From assembly GCA_045837725.1 (NCBI GenBank), contig JBEWZL010000239.1, forward strand, positions 186,001 through 250,000: DNA of 64,000 nt, written 5' to 3'. Shown here in pieces: positions 63,653 to 64,000 of this stretch. Position 1 is the stretch's first letter. Each line of letters begins with the position of its first letter. The translations under genes and the position numbers were made by a program. Under the pieces are notes generated by a model. The model had not been told where the DNA came from. It did not search any database and saw only the letters and a program-made list of their open reading frames with translations. The stretch is from Vermamoeba vermiformis (Eukaryota).

Positions 63653-64000
63653 GCTGATTGGTTCGTGTAGCGGATCTCGGTACGAGCATGTCGCTTTTGA
63701 ACTATTATGATTGCCGTCGAGCGAACATAATACACTTATATAACATAGTCTTATTTATCTTATAAATAAATGCGTTTTTAAAAAAGCTTTGTTTGCGCGT
63801 AGTATTCAATCAAAAGTTTAAGATTTTATTTACAAAATGTACGAGAGGACCCTCTAGAGCCTCGTTAAGTCAGCTTATAATACTGCTCGTTATTTACAAT
63901 ATTACAAACTTTCAATAAATAATGCGCCGAATTTCGAAAAAAAGTATGTCCAAAAATGCTTGATCCAGACCTAACTCTACCGTCCGTATTCAATAATTTT

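Noticed and set aside
1-64000. CRISPR arrays, operons, rRNA, transposase or viral genes
   Set aside because: None seen; fragmented ORFs are explained by spliceosomal introns

Overview
Gene-dense, AT-rich eukaryotic DNA with many short GT-AG introns. About 29 protein-coding loci and two tRNA-His genes can be reconstructed by hand. Gene content and style suggest an amoebozoan protist (inference, species not identifiable here). Most loci are housekeeping: DHHC palmitoyltransferase, mitochondrial carrier, ABCG, RBM26/27, NDUFC2, TFIIB, UAP1, PSMD5, XPNPEP3, RPL30. The most interesting items are: (1) a ~170-nt structured non-coding island at 12.9-13.1 kb with a 1.5-repeat TTAGGG template next to a boundary-like hairpin, a candidate telomerase RNA; (2) a very divergent TFIIB paralogue head-to-head with canonical TFIIB; (3) a three-copy array of bacterial-like surface proteins with variable N-termini and homogenised C-termini; (4) an inverted duplication of a UAP1 intron (with tRNA-His) and its last exon; (5) a bacterial-like C25/FN3 gene between two copies of a duplicated promoter, broken by a 358-bp insert with a 10-bp target-site duplication, with a poly-G insert in one promoter copy; (6) recurrent TGACAnnTGTCA and GATC-N1-2-GATC motifs in non-coding DNA, mostly introns. 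CDS coordinates span first to last coding base including introns and were assembled by eye.
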